Shown: positions 28,689 through 40,697, numbered from the stretch's first letter. The stretch: 64,000 nucleotides of DNA from Planctomycetota bacterium (GCA_965228735.1 OZ245838.1:384001-448000), one strand, 5' to 3'. The notes: generated by a model not told the origin, from the sequence alone. Translations and numbers: made by a program.

Positions 28689-29888
28689 CTAGCGCCCCTC
28701 GGGGCTCGCGTTCGCCACGGCGTTGCCGACCATCACGAGCGCGCCTTCGCGCAGCTTGAACGAACCGGTGGTGGCGACGCGTTCGCCGGCTTCGAGGCCG
28801 GACTCGATCACGACCTCGTCACCGAGCACGGCGCCGCTCATGACCCGGCGTTCGTGCGAGCGCAGCTGACCCTCGGGGTCGTTCGCGAGCACGAAGACGC
28901 TGCTGCCCGACGGCCCGCGGCGAAGCGCGCTGATCGGGACCACGCAGACGTCGCGCGGGGCGGACACGGGGACGCTCACGCGCACCGAGGAGCCGGGGCG
29001 GGGCAGCGGGTCGACCCCGCGGAGTTCGGCTCGCACCCACGTGTTGCGCGTCTCGCTGTCGACGCGGGCGTCGAGCGCGGCGATCCGGGCCGGGACAGCG
29101 GGCTGACCGGTGACGACGATCACGTCGATCGTCGTGCCGACCGCGAGCCTCTGCGCGACCTCCTGCGTGACCGCGAAGTCGACGTGCACGGCCTCGTCGA
29201 TGCCTTGCAGCGTTGTGATCTCCGTGCCCGGCTGGAGATACTGACCGACGTGCAGATCGACGAAGCCGACCCGGGCCGCGAACGGGGCCTTCAGGCGCTT
29301 CTGGTCGATGATCGCTTCGAGCCGCTCGACGTTGGCGACGGCCATGTCGCGTTCGGCGCGCGCGCGGTCGACGTCGGCAGCCGAGGCGCCCTGCTGCTGC
29401 TGCGCGCGTTCCATGCGGCCGAGCATCGTCTCCGCGAGCCGCGCTTCGGCGCGCAACGCCGCGAGCTGGGCCTCTTCGACCGCGACGTCGAGCTCGACGA
29501 GCAGGTCATCGGTCTGGACCGTCGCACCGGTGGTCATCGCGACCTTGCGCACGGTGCCGGCGAGTTCGTTCCGCATGGTGATCGATCGCGTGGCACGCAC
29601 GGTGCCGATCGCGGTCGAGCGCCGCGTGTAGCTGCGTGTCGTCACGGTCGCCGCTTCGATCGCTTCCGCCGGTTCGCCCTGCTGAGCCGCGGCCTCGGCG
29701 GCCGCGACGCCCTGCAGGTACTTCAGGTAATAGAGCCCTGCCGCGACGGCCCCGAGTCCGAGCAGGACGGCGAGCGAGCCGGCGATGCGGAGCAGCCATC
29801 GCGGTTTCGTTGTCTGGGTCGCGGGGGCAGGGTCGGGCCGCGGCCGTTCGGGCGGCGCGGACGATGCGGGTTCGGTTGCGGATTGCAT
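28689..29888 (-). CDS. RND efflux periplasmic adaptor (MFP)
   Basis: N-terminal TM, lipoyl-like halves, APFAARVG, GLEAGERVAT. Confidence 0.92.
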   Translation of the reverse strand: MQSATEPASSAPPERPRPDPAPATQTTKPRWLLRIAGSLAVLLGLGAVAAGLYYLKYLQGVAAAEAAAQQGEPAEAIEAATVTTRSYTRRSTAIGTVRATRSITMRNELAGTVRKVAMTTGATVQTDDLLVELDVAVEEAQLAALRAEARLAETMLGRMERAQQQQGASAADVDRARAERDMAVANVERLEAIIDQKRLKAPFAARVGFVDLHVGQYLQPGTEITTLQGIDEAVHVDFAVTQEVAQRLAVGTTIDVIVVTGQPAVPARIAALDARVDSETRNTWVRAELRGVDPLPRPGSSVRVSVPVSAPRDVCVVPISALRRGPSGSSVFVLANDPEGQLRSHERRVMSGAVLGDEVVIESGLEAGERVATTGSFKLREGALVMVGNAVANASPEGR

Positions 29889-29968
29889 TGTGATTTCTTC
29901 GCTCGCGGGGTCGACGAACGAGGGCGATCGTTCGTGACCGCGACTTGTGGGTTTTCGGTCAGCGGCGG

Positions 29969-30592
29969 TCAGGGGGTGCCGGTTGCCGGCGGTCGCACGA
30001 GCGCGTCGAACGCGAACGTGAGGAACGCGTCGAGCGGCCCGACGCTCCGGTCGATCTGCATGCGCATCGTCGCGCCCTCCCAGAGCATGATCAGCGTGTC
30101 GGCGATCCGCACCGCGTCGTGGTCGACGCGGATCTCGCCGTTCTCCTGACCCTCGCGGATCACGTCGGCGAGCAGCTCGCCCCACATCCGGTAGGCGTTC
30201 TGCACGGCCTGGTGCATCGGCACGCTGAGGTGGGCGGTCTCGAGCGCGAGCTTCGGGACCAGGCACTCGACGGTGGGGCCCGTGTGCCGGCACTCCTCGT
30301 AGATGTGCTCGAACAGGCCGCGCAGGCGTTCGAGCGGCGACCGGGCGCGATCGCTGAGCAGCGGCTCGAGCTCGCGCTTGAAGTCGTCGCAGGCGGCCTC
30401 GACGAGCGCGATCCCGAACTCCTCCTTGGACGAGAAGTAGTGGTAGAACGAACCCTTCGGCACGCCGGCCGTCTTGAGAATCTCGCTCAAGCCACAGCCG
30501 TTGAAACCTTTACGGCCGAACAGCTCGGTGCCGACCGCGACGAGGCGGCTGCGGGTGTCGTCGGGAGCCGGATTCTGGTCGCGGGGTGCCAT
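29969..30592 (-). CDS. TetR family regulator, NemR-like
   Basis: GLSEILKTAGVPKGSFYHYFSSKEEFG HTH; LWEGATMR C-terminus. Confidence 0.9.
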   Translation of the reverse strand: MAPRDQNPAPDDTRSRLVAVGTELFGRKGFNGCGLSEILKTAGVPKGSFYHYFSSKEEFGIALVEAACDDFKRELEPLLSDRARSPLERLRGLFEHIYEECRHTGPTVECLVPKLALETAHLSVPMHQAVQNAYRMWGELLADVIREGQENGEIRVDHDAVRIADTLIMLWEGATMRMQIDRSVGPLDAFLTFAFDALVRPPATGTP

Positions 30593-30598
30593 CGTTAG

Positions 30599-30614
30599 TA
30601 GACCGGTCGGTCTA
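30599..30614. promoter_or_regulatory. NemR-type palindromic operator TAGACC-N4-GGTCTA
   Basis: Perfect TAGACCggtcGGTCTA 6 bp upstream of the TetR start. Confidence 0.85.
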
Positions 30615-30708
30615 GAGTGTCCTGGCGGCCAACGCAAGAATAATCTGGGATTGGGAGCCGCGCGTGCTTGGCGAGCCGCCTGTTTCGACGTCGACTGACC
30701 GGCCGCTC

Positions 30709-31770
30709 TCAGCGCTCGAGCGCGAGCAGTTCGGGCAGTCGGAGCTCGGCGCGGTAGATCATGGTCCGCCGTTCGTGGCTCGAGTAGTACGACACATGCA
30801 GGCGGTCGCCGATCCGGACCAGACCGGCGTAGCTCGTGTCGCCGCCGGAAGGCAGATCGAGCAGCGGCGCCATCGAGCCGTCGAGGCCGACTCTGGCGAG
30901 CATCGTCGTCGTGCCCTTGTGGCTGCTCCCGACGCTCTCGGGGTACCGGCGCGTCGCCGCGAGCAGGGTGACGTCGCCCTCGGAGTCGCCGGGTGAACGC
31001 TCCAGCACCATGAGTTCCGGGCCGCCGAGCCGGCTGGGAAGCTTCGCGAACTGCCACTCGGTGAACGGCGCCGCCGCGACGCCGATGAGGCCGCGCTGGT
31101 CGTCTTCCTCCTGCCGGACGAGCGCGATCATCCGGCCGTCGGGCAGCAAGCGCAGCGCCGTCTCGTTGGGGCGGCCTTTGATGGCGAACCGGGTCACGTG
31201 CTCGTAGCGCACGCCGTCGGTCGTGGTCATCAAGTGGAGCTCGGGTCCGCTCGGTTTGCCCTGGTAGACGGTCCCGTAGCCGCGACCGCCGTGCCACGTC
31301 ACGCGCCAGAGCCAGTCGTGCTCCGACGCGATCGCCGGGTCGATCTCGACGTTCTGCAACGGACCACGGGTGCCGTCCGGCTCGATGAAGCAGACGCGTG
31401 ATCGCATCCCGACGCGCGTTCGGCCCTCGTACTGGGAGCCACCCATGACGACCATGAGCCGGTCATCGGGCGTCACGCTGAGCTTGGGGTCGCGCAGGTC
31501 GATCCCGGCCTCGTCGATCAGGGCCGCTGAACGCCACGTTCCGTCGCGTTCGACGAGGACCCGGGCGACACCGTTGTGTCCGGGCACGTGGCCGCTGCCC
31601 TCGCGGAACGAGCACCAGAGCTCGCCCTGCCAGTGCACGAGACCCGTGAACGCACTGTGTTCGGCGCGATCCCAGACCCGTTCGACCCGCACGATCGCCC
31701 GGCGCTCGGCGTCGGTCTGCGCAGGCAGTGACGCCGCGATGGCAACCAGGATCGCGAGTAGCGGGCGCAT
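30709..31770 (-). CDS. Secreted sialidase-like/BNR beta-propeller protein
   Basis: HSAFTGL, FREG, DLRDPKL, WLWRVTW, PSGGDTSY, SYYSSHE. Confidence 0.75.
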   Translation of the reverse strand: MRPLLAILVAIAASLPAQTDAERRAIVRVERVWDRAEHSAFTGLVHWQGELWCSFREGSGHVPGHNGVARVLVERDGTWRSAALIDEAGIDLRDPKLSVTPDDRLMVVMGGSQYEGRTRVGMRSRVCFIEPDGTRGPLQNVEIDPAIASEHDWLWRVTWHGGRGYGTVYQGKPSGPELHLMTTTDGVRYEHVTRFAIKGRPNETALRLLPDGRMIALVRQEEDDQRGLIGVAAAPFTEWQFAKLPSRLGGPELMVLERSPGDSEGDVTLLAATRRYPESVGSSHKGTTTMLARVGLDGSMAPLLDLPSGGDTSYAGLVRIGDRLHVSYYSSHERRTMIYRAELRLPELLALER

Positions 31771-31799
31771 GGTCGGTGGTTGCGTGGCGCCCGGCTGAC

Positions 31800-32162
31800 T
31801 CAGCTGTTCGCCGCGCGGATCTTGTCGGCGGCCGCCTTGTCGTAGGCGATGCCGTGCTTGTCGAACAGCTGGTCGAGCTCGCCCGACAGCGTCATCTCCG
31901 TGATGATGTCGCACCCGCCGACGAACTCGCCCTTGACGTAGAGCTGCGGGATCGTTGGCCATTCGGAGTAGTCCTTGATGCCCTGGCGAATCGCCTCGTC
32001 GGCGAGCACGTTCACGTCGGTGAACGCCACGTCCATGTTGTGCAGGATGCCGGCAACGGTGTTGGAGAATCCGCACTGCGGCATCATCTTCGTGCCCTTC
32101 ATGAAGAGCACGACGTCGTTGCCGGTGACGGTTTCCTTGATCTTGGTCTGTACGTCGGTCAT
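31800..32162 (-). CDS. grxD: Monothiol glutaredoxin Grx4
   Basis: LFMKGT..MPQCGFS, WPTIPQLY, GGCDI. Confidence 0.95.
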   Translation of the reverse strand: MTDVQTKIKETVTGNDVVLFMKGTKMMPQCGFSNTVAGILHNMDVAFTDVNVLADEAIRQGIKDYSEWPTIPQLYVKGEFVGGCDIITEMTLSGELDQLFDKHGIAYDKAAADKIRAANS

Positions 32163-32176
32163 TGGATCGTGATGGG

Positions 32177-32413
32177 TCAGTCGGGCGCCTTGGTCGTCAG
32201 CGCGAGGGCGTGGAGTTCGCCGTCGGGGCCGTCCATCTTGCCCTTGAGGGCCGCGTAGACGGCGCGCTGCTGCTGCACCCGATTCAGGTCGCGGAAACTC
32301 TCGTCCACGACCTTGGCCGTCATGTGCATGCCGTCCTCGCCGGAGACCTCGATCTGGGCGTTCGGAAACCGCTCGCGGAGGAGGGCTTCGATCTCGTGGG
32401 CGTGCATCGGCAT
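32177..32413 (-). CDS. BolA/IbaG family protein
   Basis: NRVQQQRAVY...LHALAL; adjacent to grxD. Confidence 0.9.
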   Translation of the reverse strand: MPMHAHEIEALLRERFPNAQIEVSGEDGMHMTAKVVDESFRDLNRVQQQRAVYAALKGKMDGPDGELHALALTTKAPD

Positions 32414-32481
32414 GGCGGTTTCTCGGATCGCAACCTAGGCCGCTGCCCGGCGATCCGCAAGCCGGATGGGGAGCGATGCCG

Positions 32482-33273
32482 TTACCACCGGTTCCGGAGC
32501 TCGCGCAGCCGCAAGAACACCGTGCGTTCGTCGGGGTCGGCCGGCAGGTCCGGGAACGCCCGCCGCAGGGCGTCGATGACCCCGGGCTCGCGCAGCCGGA
32601 AGAACGTGTTGGTCGTCTTCTCCTGCGCCAGCGTCGTGACCGGAGCGTCGGCCCCGTCCTGGCCGCCGACCGCGGCGAGCAGTTCGGCCGCCGCCGCGTT
32701 GCCGGGCTCACGGTCCAGCGTGAAGCGCAGGTTGTTCGCGAGGTAGTCGTGGCCCGGGTAGAGCCGGGTGTCGCCGTCGAGAGCGTCGAGCTGCTCCGAG
32801 AACGTGCGGAACAGCGCCTCCGGGTCGCCGCCGTTGCGGCAGTTGCCGGCCCCCGCGTTGAACAGCGTGTCGCCCGAGAACAGGGCCGGTTCCGGCGCGT
32901 GGGCGAGCAGGCAGATGTGACTCATCGTGTGCCCTGGCGTGTCGAGGCACAAGAGCTCGATAGTTCGCCCGACCCGGACGACGTCGCCCTTGCCGACGCC
33001 GCGGTCGATGCCCGGGATGCGATCGCCGGCGCCGTCGTGCGCGATCAGCTTCGCACCCGTCGCCGCGATCAGACCGGCGTTGCCGCCCGTGTGGTCACCG
33101 TGTTCGTGCGTGTTGAGCACCTGAGTGATCGTGAAGCCGCGGTCCTGGGCCACCGCCAGGCATTGCCGATGGTCGAGCGGGTCGATCGCGAGCGCCTCGC
33201 CCGTCTCGCCGCACGCGACGAGGTAGTTGTAGTTCCTGAGGCGATTCTGCGCCCAGATGCGTTCGACGATCAT
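32482..33273 (-). CDS. gloB: Hydroxyacylglutathione hydrolase (glyoxalase II)
   Basis: THEHGDH, TPGHT, FSGDTLF, PGHDY...NLRF, EK..NTFFR. Confidence 0.88.
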   Translation of the reverse strand: MIVERIWAQNRLRNYNYLVACGETGEALAIDPLDHRQCLAVAQDRGFTITQVLNTHEHGDHTGGNAGLIAATGAKLIAHDGAGDRIPGIDRGVGKGDVVRVGRTIELLCLDTPGHTMSHICLLAHAPEPALFSGDTLFNAGAGNCRNGGDPEALFRTFSEQLDALDGDTRLYPGHDYLANNLRFTLDREPGNAAAAELLAAVGGQDGADAPVTTLAQEKTTNTFFRLREPGVIDALRRAFPDLPADPDERTVFLRLRELRNRW

Positions 33274-34214
33274 GACGGTCGCGCGCGAACGCGGGCCTCG
33301 ACTGCGTCGAGCAGCGCGCCTTCGAGGGCGCCGCCGCCGAGCCGTTCGATCTCGCGGAAGCCGGTCGGGCTCGTGATGTTGATCTCGGTCAGGTAGTCAC
33401 CGAGCACGTCGATGCCGGCGAGGATCACGCCCTTGTCGCGCAGCACCGGGCCGAGGCGCGCGCAGATCTCGCGTTCGCGGTCGGTCAGCGTCGAGTTCTC
33501 GGCGCGGCCGCCGACGTGCAGGTTGGCGCGGGCCTCGTGCGCGGCCGGCACGCGCAGCAGGGCGCCGGCCGGCTCGCCGTCGATCAGGATGATGCGTTTG
33601 TCGCCCTGCCGCACCTCGGGAACGTACTGCTGGGCCATGAGCAGGCGCGTGCCGTGTGCCGTGCCGGTCTCGAGGATCGCGCGGGTATTGCGGTCGTTCT
33701 CCGTCACGTGAAAGACGCCGGCGCCACCGGCGCCGTCGAGCGGCTTGACGACCATCTGGCCACCGTGTTCGGCGCGAAACTGCAGCAGCTGATCGATGTC
33801 GCGCGTCACGAGGGTGGCCGGGCACAGGTCCGGGAACTCGAGCGCGAAGAGCTTCTCGTTCTCGTCGCGCAGCGTCTGCGGATCGTTGACCATCACGGGC
33901 CCGGAAGCGCGCGACATCAGCAGCGTCGCGAACAGGTACGCGGAATCGAACGGCGGGTCCTTCCGCATCCACACGGCATCGAACGCGCTCAGTTCTTCGT
34001 GCCTGGCCCCGGTCGCGGCACACCAGGACGGACCGTCGCCGGTCGTCGTAACCGCGGCCCGGACGAACGGCGAGCCGTCGCGCTGGCCGAGGTCGCCGAT
34101 CTCACACGTCTCGACCACGTGGCCGCGCCGCCACGCTTCCCGGATGAACGCGATCGACGAGTCCGACTCCGTGTGGAGCCGACCGAGGGGATCGAGGATG
34201 AAGAGGTGACGCAT
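33270..34214 (-). CDS. gshB: Glutathione synthetase
   Basis: MRKDPPFD, NEKL, KPLDGAGG, GDKRI, RANLHVGG, EINITSPTG. Confidence 0.95.
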   Translation of the reverse strand: MRHLFILDPLGRLHTESDSSIAFIREAWRRGHVVETCEIGDLGQRDGSPFVRAAVTTTGDGPSWCAATGARHEELSAFDAVWMRKDPPFDSAYLFATLLMSRASGPVMVNDPQTLRDENEKLFALEFPDLCPATLVTRDIDQLLQFRAEHGGQMVVKPLDGAGGAGVFHVTENDRNTRAILETGTAHGTRLLMAQQYVPEVRQGDKRIILIDGEPAGALLRVPAAHEARANLHVGGRAENSTLTDREREICARLGPVLRDKGVILAGIDVLGDYLTEINITSPTGFREIERLGGGALEGALLDAVEARVRARPS

Positions 34215-34236
34215 GGGGGTGGGGCGCCGGTAGGGT

Positions 34237-35460
34237 TTAGCCACCGAGCGAATAGCTCTCGACGAACTCGATCTGTGCCCGGACGCTCGGGGTTGCGTTC
34301 ACCACGTAGACATTGCTCTTGCGGGCCCATGCGAGGCGGACAGCTTCGTGGAGCAGGGCGTGCAGGAAGCTCTGCGTGCAAACGCGTAGGTTGCGAAAGT
34401 CGAGGACTACGGGTTCCCGGCGCAAGAGCCTTGGTTCCAGGAACGAGCTCGAGAACTCATGGGCAGCGACCGTGTCCTCGGCCGCGACGTTGACCAGTAG
34501 CGCGTCAGTCTCGCCGGGCTGTTCGTCGAAGCGAATCCAGCGATGAGTGATTCGCTGGGGTGTTCGTTCGCGAGCTAGCTCGTGGATACCGCTGATGATG
34601 GCTTCGTAGCTGCCAACCTGATTCAGTGCGGTTTCGAAGACGACGAGTGTTCCGGGATAGTCAGGCGCGTCACTGTTCGTGATTACGGGTTGCGTCCGGT
34701 CCGAATGGAAGCGGTCGAGGAAATAGGTGCCTCCGCGAGACGCCAGAAGCAGTCTGCCCCGGGTTTTCCTCGCCATCTCCGAAATGAAGAACAGGCCGAG
34801 GCCGGCGTTCTCTACCGTTCCGCTGCCGCCTTCTCGAAACGCACCGGAGACGTGCGGTTCCAGGGCATTCGTGAGAGCCTCTGTTGGGTTTCGGATGCCT
34901 GGCCGCGTCGCTCTCAGCGACTCGAATACCCCGACACCGTTGTCGGCGACAACGACCTGAACCGTAGGGCTGCCCTGGTATGGCCCGGCGTCGTTCAACT
35001 GCGCGGCCACGACGCCGCCGGCCGTGTCTTGACTGTGTTGCACGACGTTGCGCAGCAACTCGACGAGAACGAACCAGTAGAGATCCGCAGCATCCCGAGC
35101 TGTGTGGGAGGGGATCATCAGATCGACGATCTTCCTGGCGACAGCTTCGGTCTCGCTGCGGTTGCGGACGCGGCTCAGCGTGACGGTGCGTTCGCGCTCG
35201 GTCGGCTCGCGGCTCGTGCTGCCGTCGAGCACTTCGTCGATACCAACCGCGTGGGCGAACCGGGCCGCGCCCGAGGCTGACGCCGGAACGAGTGTCAGGC
35301 GCTGTGCCCCGTCGTGTCGCGCGAGCGCAGCTGTCGCACTGACCGCGAAGATCTGGGCGACGTCGACTTCGTCGAAGCTCGCCCAGCTGGCGTCGATTCT
35401 CTCCGCCAGCCAGGACAAGAAGGTGGCTGGATCATCAATCGTGAAACGCGGATTCGCCAT
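34237..35460 (-). CDS. HATPase_c (GHKL) domain protein with C-terminal STAS-like (DUF4325-like) domain
   Basis: ELLRNVVQHS, ADNGVG, NAGLGL; C-terminal VVLDF...QSF. Codon usage is visibly more AT-rich than the flanks. Confidence 0.75.
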   Translation of the reverse strand: MANPRFTIDDPATFLSWLAERIDASWASFDEVDVAQIFAVSATAALARHDGAQRLTLVPASASGAARFAHAVGIDEVLDGSTSREPTERERTVTLSRVRNRSETEAVARKIVDLMIPSHTARDAADLYWFVLVELLRNVVQHSQDTAGGVVAAQLNDAGPYQGSPTVQVVVADNGVGVFESLRATRPGIRNPTEALTNALEPHVSGAFREGGSGTVENAGLGLFFISEMARKTRGRLLLASRGGTYFLDRFHSDRTQPVITNSDAPDYPGTLVVFETALNQVGSYEAIISGIHELARERTPQRITHRWIRFDEQPGETDALLVNVAAEDTVAAHEFSSSFLEPRLLRREPVVLDFRNLRVCTQSFLHALLHEAVRLAWARKSNVYVVNATPSVRAQIEFVESYSLGG

Positions 35461-35513
35461 CGGCTGCGGTCACACTAGGGCTTCGTCCCTCCGCGAGCCA
35501 CCGGGAGGGGCAA

Positions 35514-36695
35514 CTACGTGCAGCCCGGCGGCATCGGTGACGGGCAGTCGGGATCGTAGCGCCGATCGATCTCGGTGAGTTCGACCATCGCGCGTTGCAG
35601 CACCTCGCGTGGCGACTTGCCGGCGGCGACTTGCGCGAGCCACTGCTGGGCCAGGTTGCCGTCGCGCAGGATCTCTTCGATCGGCGCCAAGCGGTCGCCG
35701 AAGCCGTGCGCCGCGGCCGTGTCGACGCAGCTGCGCCAACATGACTCGATCCAGTCGCGCATCCTCACATCTTCGCCGGTGCGCCAGTCCGTCACGGTCG
35801 CGTCGAGGCTCGACTCGGCCGCCAGCCGTTCGTTGCGTTCGCAGATGGCGAGCAACTCGTCCTCGGAGCGCACGGCGAGCGGATCGAGGCTCGGGTCCTC
35901 GAGCACCTGCCAGATGCGCGCTTCGAACATGCCGATCACGGCGCCGAGCACGTGGGGGCTCGAGATGCGGTCGCAGATGCGCAGCTCGAGTCGTTCGATC
36001 TCTTTCGGAGTGGCGACGCCGTTCGGGCGGATCGAGAGCCACAGGTGGCGCGGGTTGAACATCGCGCCGCTCTCGAGCTGTCCTCTGACCCAGGCCTTGA
36101 AGTGATCGTGGCTGCGGAAGAACGGGACGACGGGTGGAGTCGGGGGGAACACCCGCCAACGGGTGGAGTGGGCGCCGGTCGGCTTGCCGCGCAGGAATGG
36201 CGAGTTCGCCGTGAGCGCGAGATACATCGACGCCTCGGCGCGCAGCACGCGGTAGGCGGCGATGAGCCGGTCGGGGTCGGGGATGCCGACGTTGATGTGC
36301 GTACTCGCGGTCACCACCGTGGTGCCGTACGTGTCACGGATGAAGCGGTAGTACGCGTTCTGCTCGTTGGCGATGAAGAACTCGTCGCTCTCCTCGAGGG
36401 ACAGAGTGCTCCCGGGTACGAGCGTGTAGTGGCCGATGTCCGCGAGGTAGCGCCGGAGCTGGCAGCGCTTGGCCATCAGCCGGTCGAGCAGTTCCTGATA
36501 GCTGCGGAAGGGCGCCGTCGTGTACTCGACGTTGCGCGAGTCGGGCTCGGTCACGAAGCCGCTGAGGTCGGCCGCGATCCGGTGGGACAGCGGCACGACA
36601 TCGCCGTCGACGGTGCCGGTGTAGACCTCCTCCTCGAGGCCCTTCCGCAGCAGTTGTGGGGCCATGTTCCCACTCGCATCGGTGCTCGAGGTCAT
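35514..36695 (-). CDS. gshA: Glutamate--cysteine ligase, cyanobacterial-type GshA
   Basis: LRKGLEEEVYTG, EPDSRNVEYTT, TYGTTVVTASTHINVG, HLWLSIRPNG, RLELRICD. Confidence 0.88.
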   Translation of the reverse strand: MTSSTDASGNMAPQLLRKGLEEEVYTGTVDGDVVPLSHRIAADLSGFVTEPDSRNVEYTTAPFRSYQELLDRLMAKRCQLRRYLADIGHYTLVPGSTLSLEESDEFFIANEQNAYYRFIRDTYGTTVVTASTHINVGIPDPDRLIAAYRVLRAEASMYLALTANSPFLRGKPTGAHSTRWRVFPPTPPVVPFFRSHDHFKAWVRGQLESGAMFNPRHLWLSIRPNGVATPKEIERLELRICDRISSPHVLGAVIGMFEARIWQVLEDPSLDPLAVRSEDELLAICERNERLAAESSLDATVTDWRTGEDVRMRDWIESCWRSCVDTAAAHGFGDRLAPIEEILRDGNLAQQWLAQVAAGKSPREVLQRAMVELTEIDRRYDPDCPSPMPPGCT

Positions 36696-36696
36696 G

Positions 36697-37563
36697 TCAG
36701 CTCCGCATGCCGACGCCGCGCTTCAGCATCCAGAGCGCGGTCGCGTAGAAGCCGACGATGAACACCACGAGCACCCCGAACGCAACGCCGATCGGCATGT
36801 CGGAGCTGCCGAGGAGGCCGTACCGGAACGCGTTCACCATGTAGAGGATCGGGTTGGCGTAGCTGATGGTGCGCCACGGCTCGCTCAGCAGACTGACCGA
36901 GTAGAACACGCCGCCGAGCATCGTCAGCGGTGTCAGCACGAACGTCGGGACGATCGAGATGTCGTCGAAGTTGCGCGCGACCATCGCGTTGATGAACCCG
37001 CCGAACGCGAACGCGACCGACGTGAGCACCGCGACGGCGATGGTCAGGAGCGGATGCGCGACCGGCAGGTCGACGAACAGCAGCGAGACCAGCGTAACGA
37101 TCGCGCCGATCGCGAGGCCGCGGAAGACGCCGCCGATCGCGTATCCGAGCAGGATCGTCTGACCCGACATCGGCGAGACGAGCATCTCTTCGATGTGATG
37201 CTGGAACTTCGCGCCGAACAGCGACGATACGACGTTCTGATACGAATTCGTCAGCACCGCCATCATGATCAGCCCGGGCGTCACGTACTGCAGATACGTG
37301 AAGCCCTCCATCTGGCCGATGCGGTTGCCCAGGACCGGGCCGAAGATGATGAAGTAGAGACTCGTCGTGATGACCGGCGGCAGGAGCGTCTGCGGCCAGA
37401 TGCGTAGCACGCGGTGGATCTCACGGCGCACCGTCGTGGCGAGGCCGATCCAGGCCTCGGACAGCCGCGAACGGTCACCGTCGGCGACCGATCGCAGGAT
37501 GGCCATCGGGTCGTCAACCCTTGGGCTGCCCGTGTCGCTCGGGCGCGTGGCGGTGTCGGTCAC
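36697..37563 (-). CDS. ABC-2 type permease (YadH-like)
   Basis: RIWPQTLLPP, NSYQNVVSS, IEEMLVSP, LGGVFYS, NPILYMVNAFRYG. Confidence 0.9.
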   Translation of the reverse strand: MTDTATRPSDTGSPRVDDPMAILRSVADGDRSRLSEAWIGLATTVRREIHRVLRIWPQTLLPPVITTSLYFIIFGPVLGNRIGQMEGFTYLQYVTPGLIMMAVLTNSYQNVVSSLFGAKFQHHIEEMLVSPMSGQTILLGYAIGGVFRGLAIGAIVTLVSLLFVDLPVAHPLLTIAVAVLTSVAFAFGGFINAMVARNFDDISIVPTFVLTPLTMLGGVFYSVSLLSEPWRTISYANPILYMVNAFRYGLLGSSDMPIGVAFGVLVVFIVGFYATALWMLKRGVGMRS

Positions 37564-38531
37564 GTGGATGCCTCCGCCGGCGGAGTCACCGTCGCCGGCG
37601 CCTTGGACTCCTCGACGAGCCGCAGGAACAGCTCTTCGAGACGGTTCGCCTTGTTGCGCATCGAACTCACGCCGACGCTCGCGGCATCGAGTGCGCGGAA
37701 CAACTCGTTGAGGTTCGAGCCACGTTTCAGTTCGACCTCGAAAGAGCCATCGTCGCGCAGTCGCGTCGTGAATCCGGCCAGGCTCGGTGCCGTATCGAGC
37801 GGTTCCATCGGGTCGAGCACGAACGTCTCGATCGCGAGCTGGCGCAGCAGCGAGCGGGTGTCGGTGTCCTGCACGATCCGGCCGCCGTCGATGATCGCGA
37901 TGCGCCGGCACATGGCCTCGGCTTCCTCGAGATAGTGCGTCGTGAGAATGATCGTCGTGCCGCCGCCGTTGATCTGCTCGAGCAGGTCCCAGGTCGCGCG
38001 CCGGATCTCGATGTCGACGCCGGCCGTCGGCTCGTCGAGGATCAGCAGGCGCGGGCCGTGGACCAGCGCGCGCGCGATCATCAGGCGGCGCTTCATGCCG
38101 CCCGACAGCGAGCGCGCCATCACGTTGCGCTTGTCCCAGAGCCCCATCCACTGCAGGCACGCCTCGGCCCGTTCGCGGGCCTGCTGCCACGGGATGCCGT
38201 AGTAGCCCGCCTGCTGCGCGACGATGTGCAGCGGTTGCTCGAACTGGTTGAGGTTGATCTCCTGCGGGACGATGCCGATCAGGCGTTTACTGCCTTCGGG
38301 GTCCTTCTCGGTGTCGATCCCGAAGACCTCGATCGAGCCACCGCTGCGGTTGACGAGCGACGTGATGATGCCGATCGTCGTCGACTTGCCCGCGCCGTTG
38401 GGGCCGAGCAGGCCGAAGAACTCACCATGGCCGACCTCGAGGTCGATGCCCCGCAGCGCCTGCACACCGTTCTTGTAGGTCTTGCCGAGGCCGCGAATGC
38501 GGAGGGCTGGCGGGGATGGGGGGGTGGCCAA
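37560..38531 (-). CDS. ABC transporter ATP-binding protein (YadG-like)
   Basis: GPNGAGKST, LSGGMKRR, DEPTAGVD, RNKANRLEELF. Confidence 0.9.
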   Translation of the reverse strand: MATPPSPPALRIRGLGKTYKNGVQALRGIDLEVGHGEFFGLLGPNGAGKSTTIGIITSLVNRSGGSIEVFGIDTEKDPEGSKRLIGIVPQEINLNQFEQPLHIVAQQAGYYGIPWQQARERAEACLQWMGLWDKRNVMARSLSGGMKRRLMIARALVHGPRLLILDEPTAGVDIEIRRATWDLLEQINGGGTTIILTTHYLEEAEAMCRRIAIIDGGRIVQDTDTRSLLRQLAIETFVLDPMEPLDTAPSLAGFTTRLRDDGSFEVELKRGSNLNELFRALDAASVGVSSMRNKANRLEELFLRLVEESKAPATVTPPAEAST

Positions 38532-38539
38532 GGCCGGTC

Positions 38540-38785
38540 CTATTTGCCGTAGTGCTCGTCGACGTAGGCGATGATGTCCGCGCTCTCGTACATCTTCACG
38601 TCGCGCTCGGGGTCGTGCAGGAACGGCACCTGCGGGCTGCCGCCGAGTGCCACCAGCTCGCGCCGCGTCTCGGAGTCCTGCCCGAGCGTGATCCGCTTCT
38701 GCTCGAACGGGATCCCGTTGCTGTCGAGGTGGTCGAGAACCCGCGCACAATACGGGCAACGGGGATCGAAGTACAGCTGGATCAT
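38540..38785 (-). CDS. Glutaredoxin / GST N-terminal domain protein
   Basis: CPYC, GGSPQVPFL, MYESADII. Confidence 0.88.
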   Translation of the reverse strand: MIQLYFDPRCPYCARVLDHLDSNGIPFEQKRITLGQDSETRRELVALGGSPQVPFLHDPERDVKMYESADIIAYVDEHYGK

Positions 38786-38859
38786 GGAGAGGCGTAGGCC
38801 GAGCTTACGGCGCGGACCAGACATTTTCCGGCGCGTCTGTTGCCGGCGTCGGGCTGAGC

Positions 38860-40697
<1,838 letters not shown>

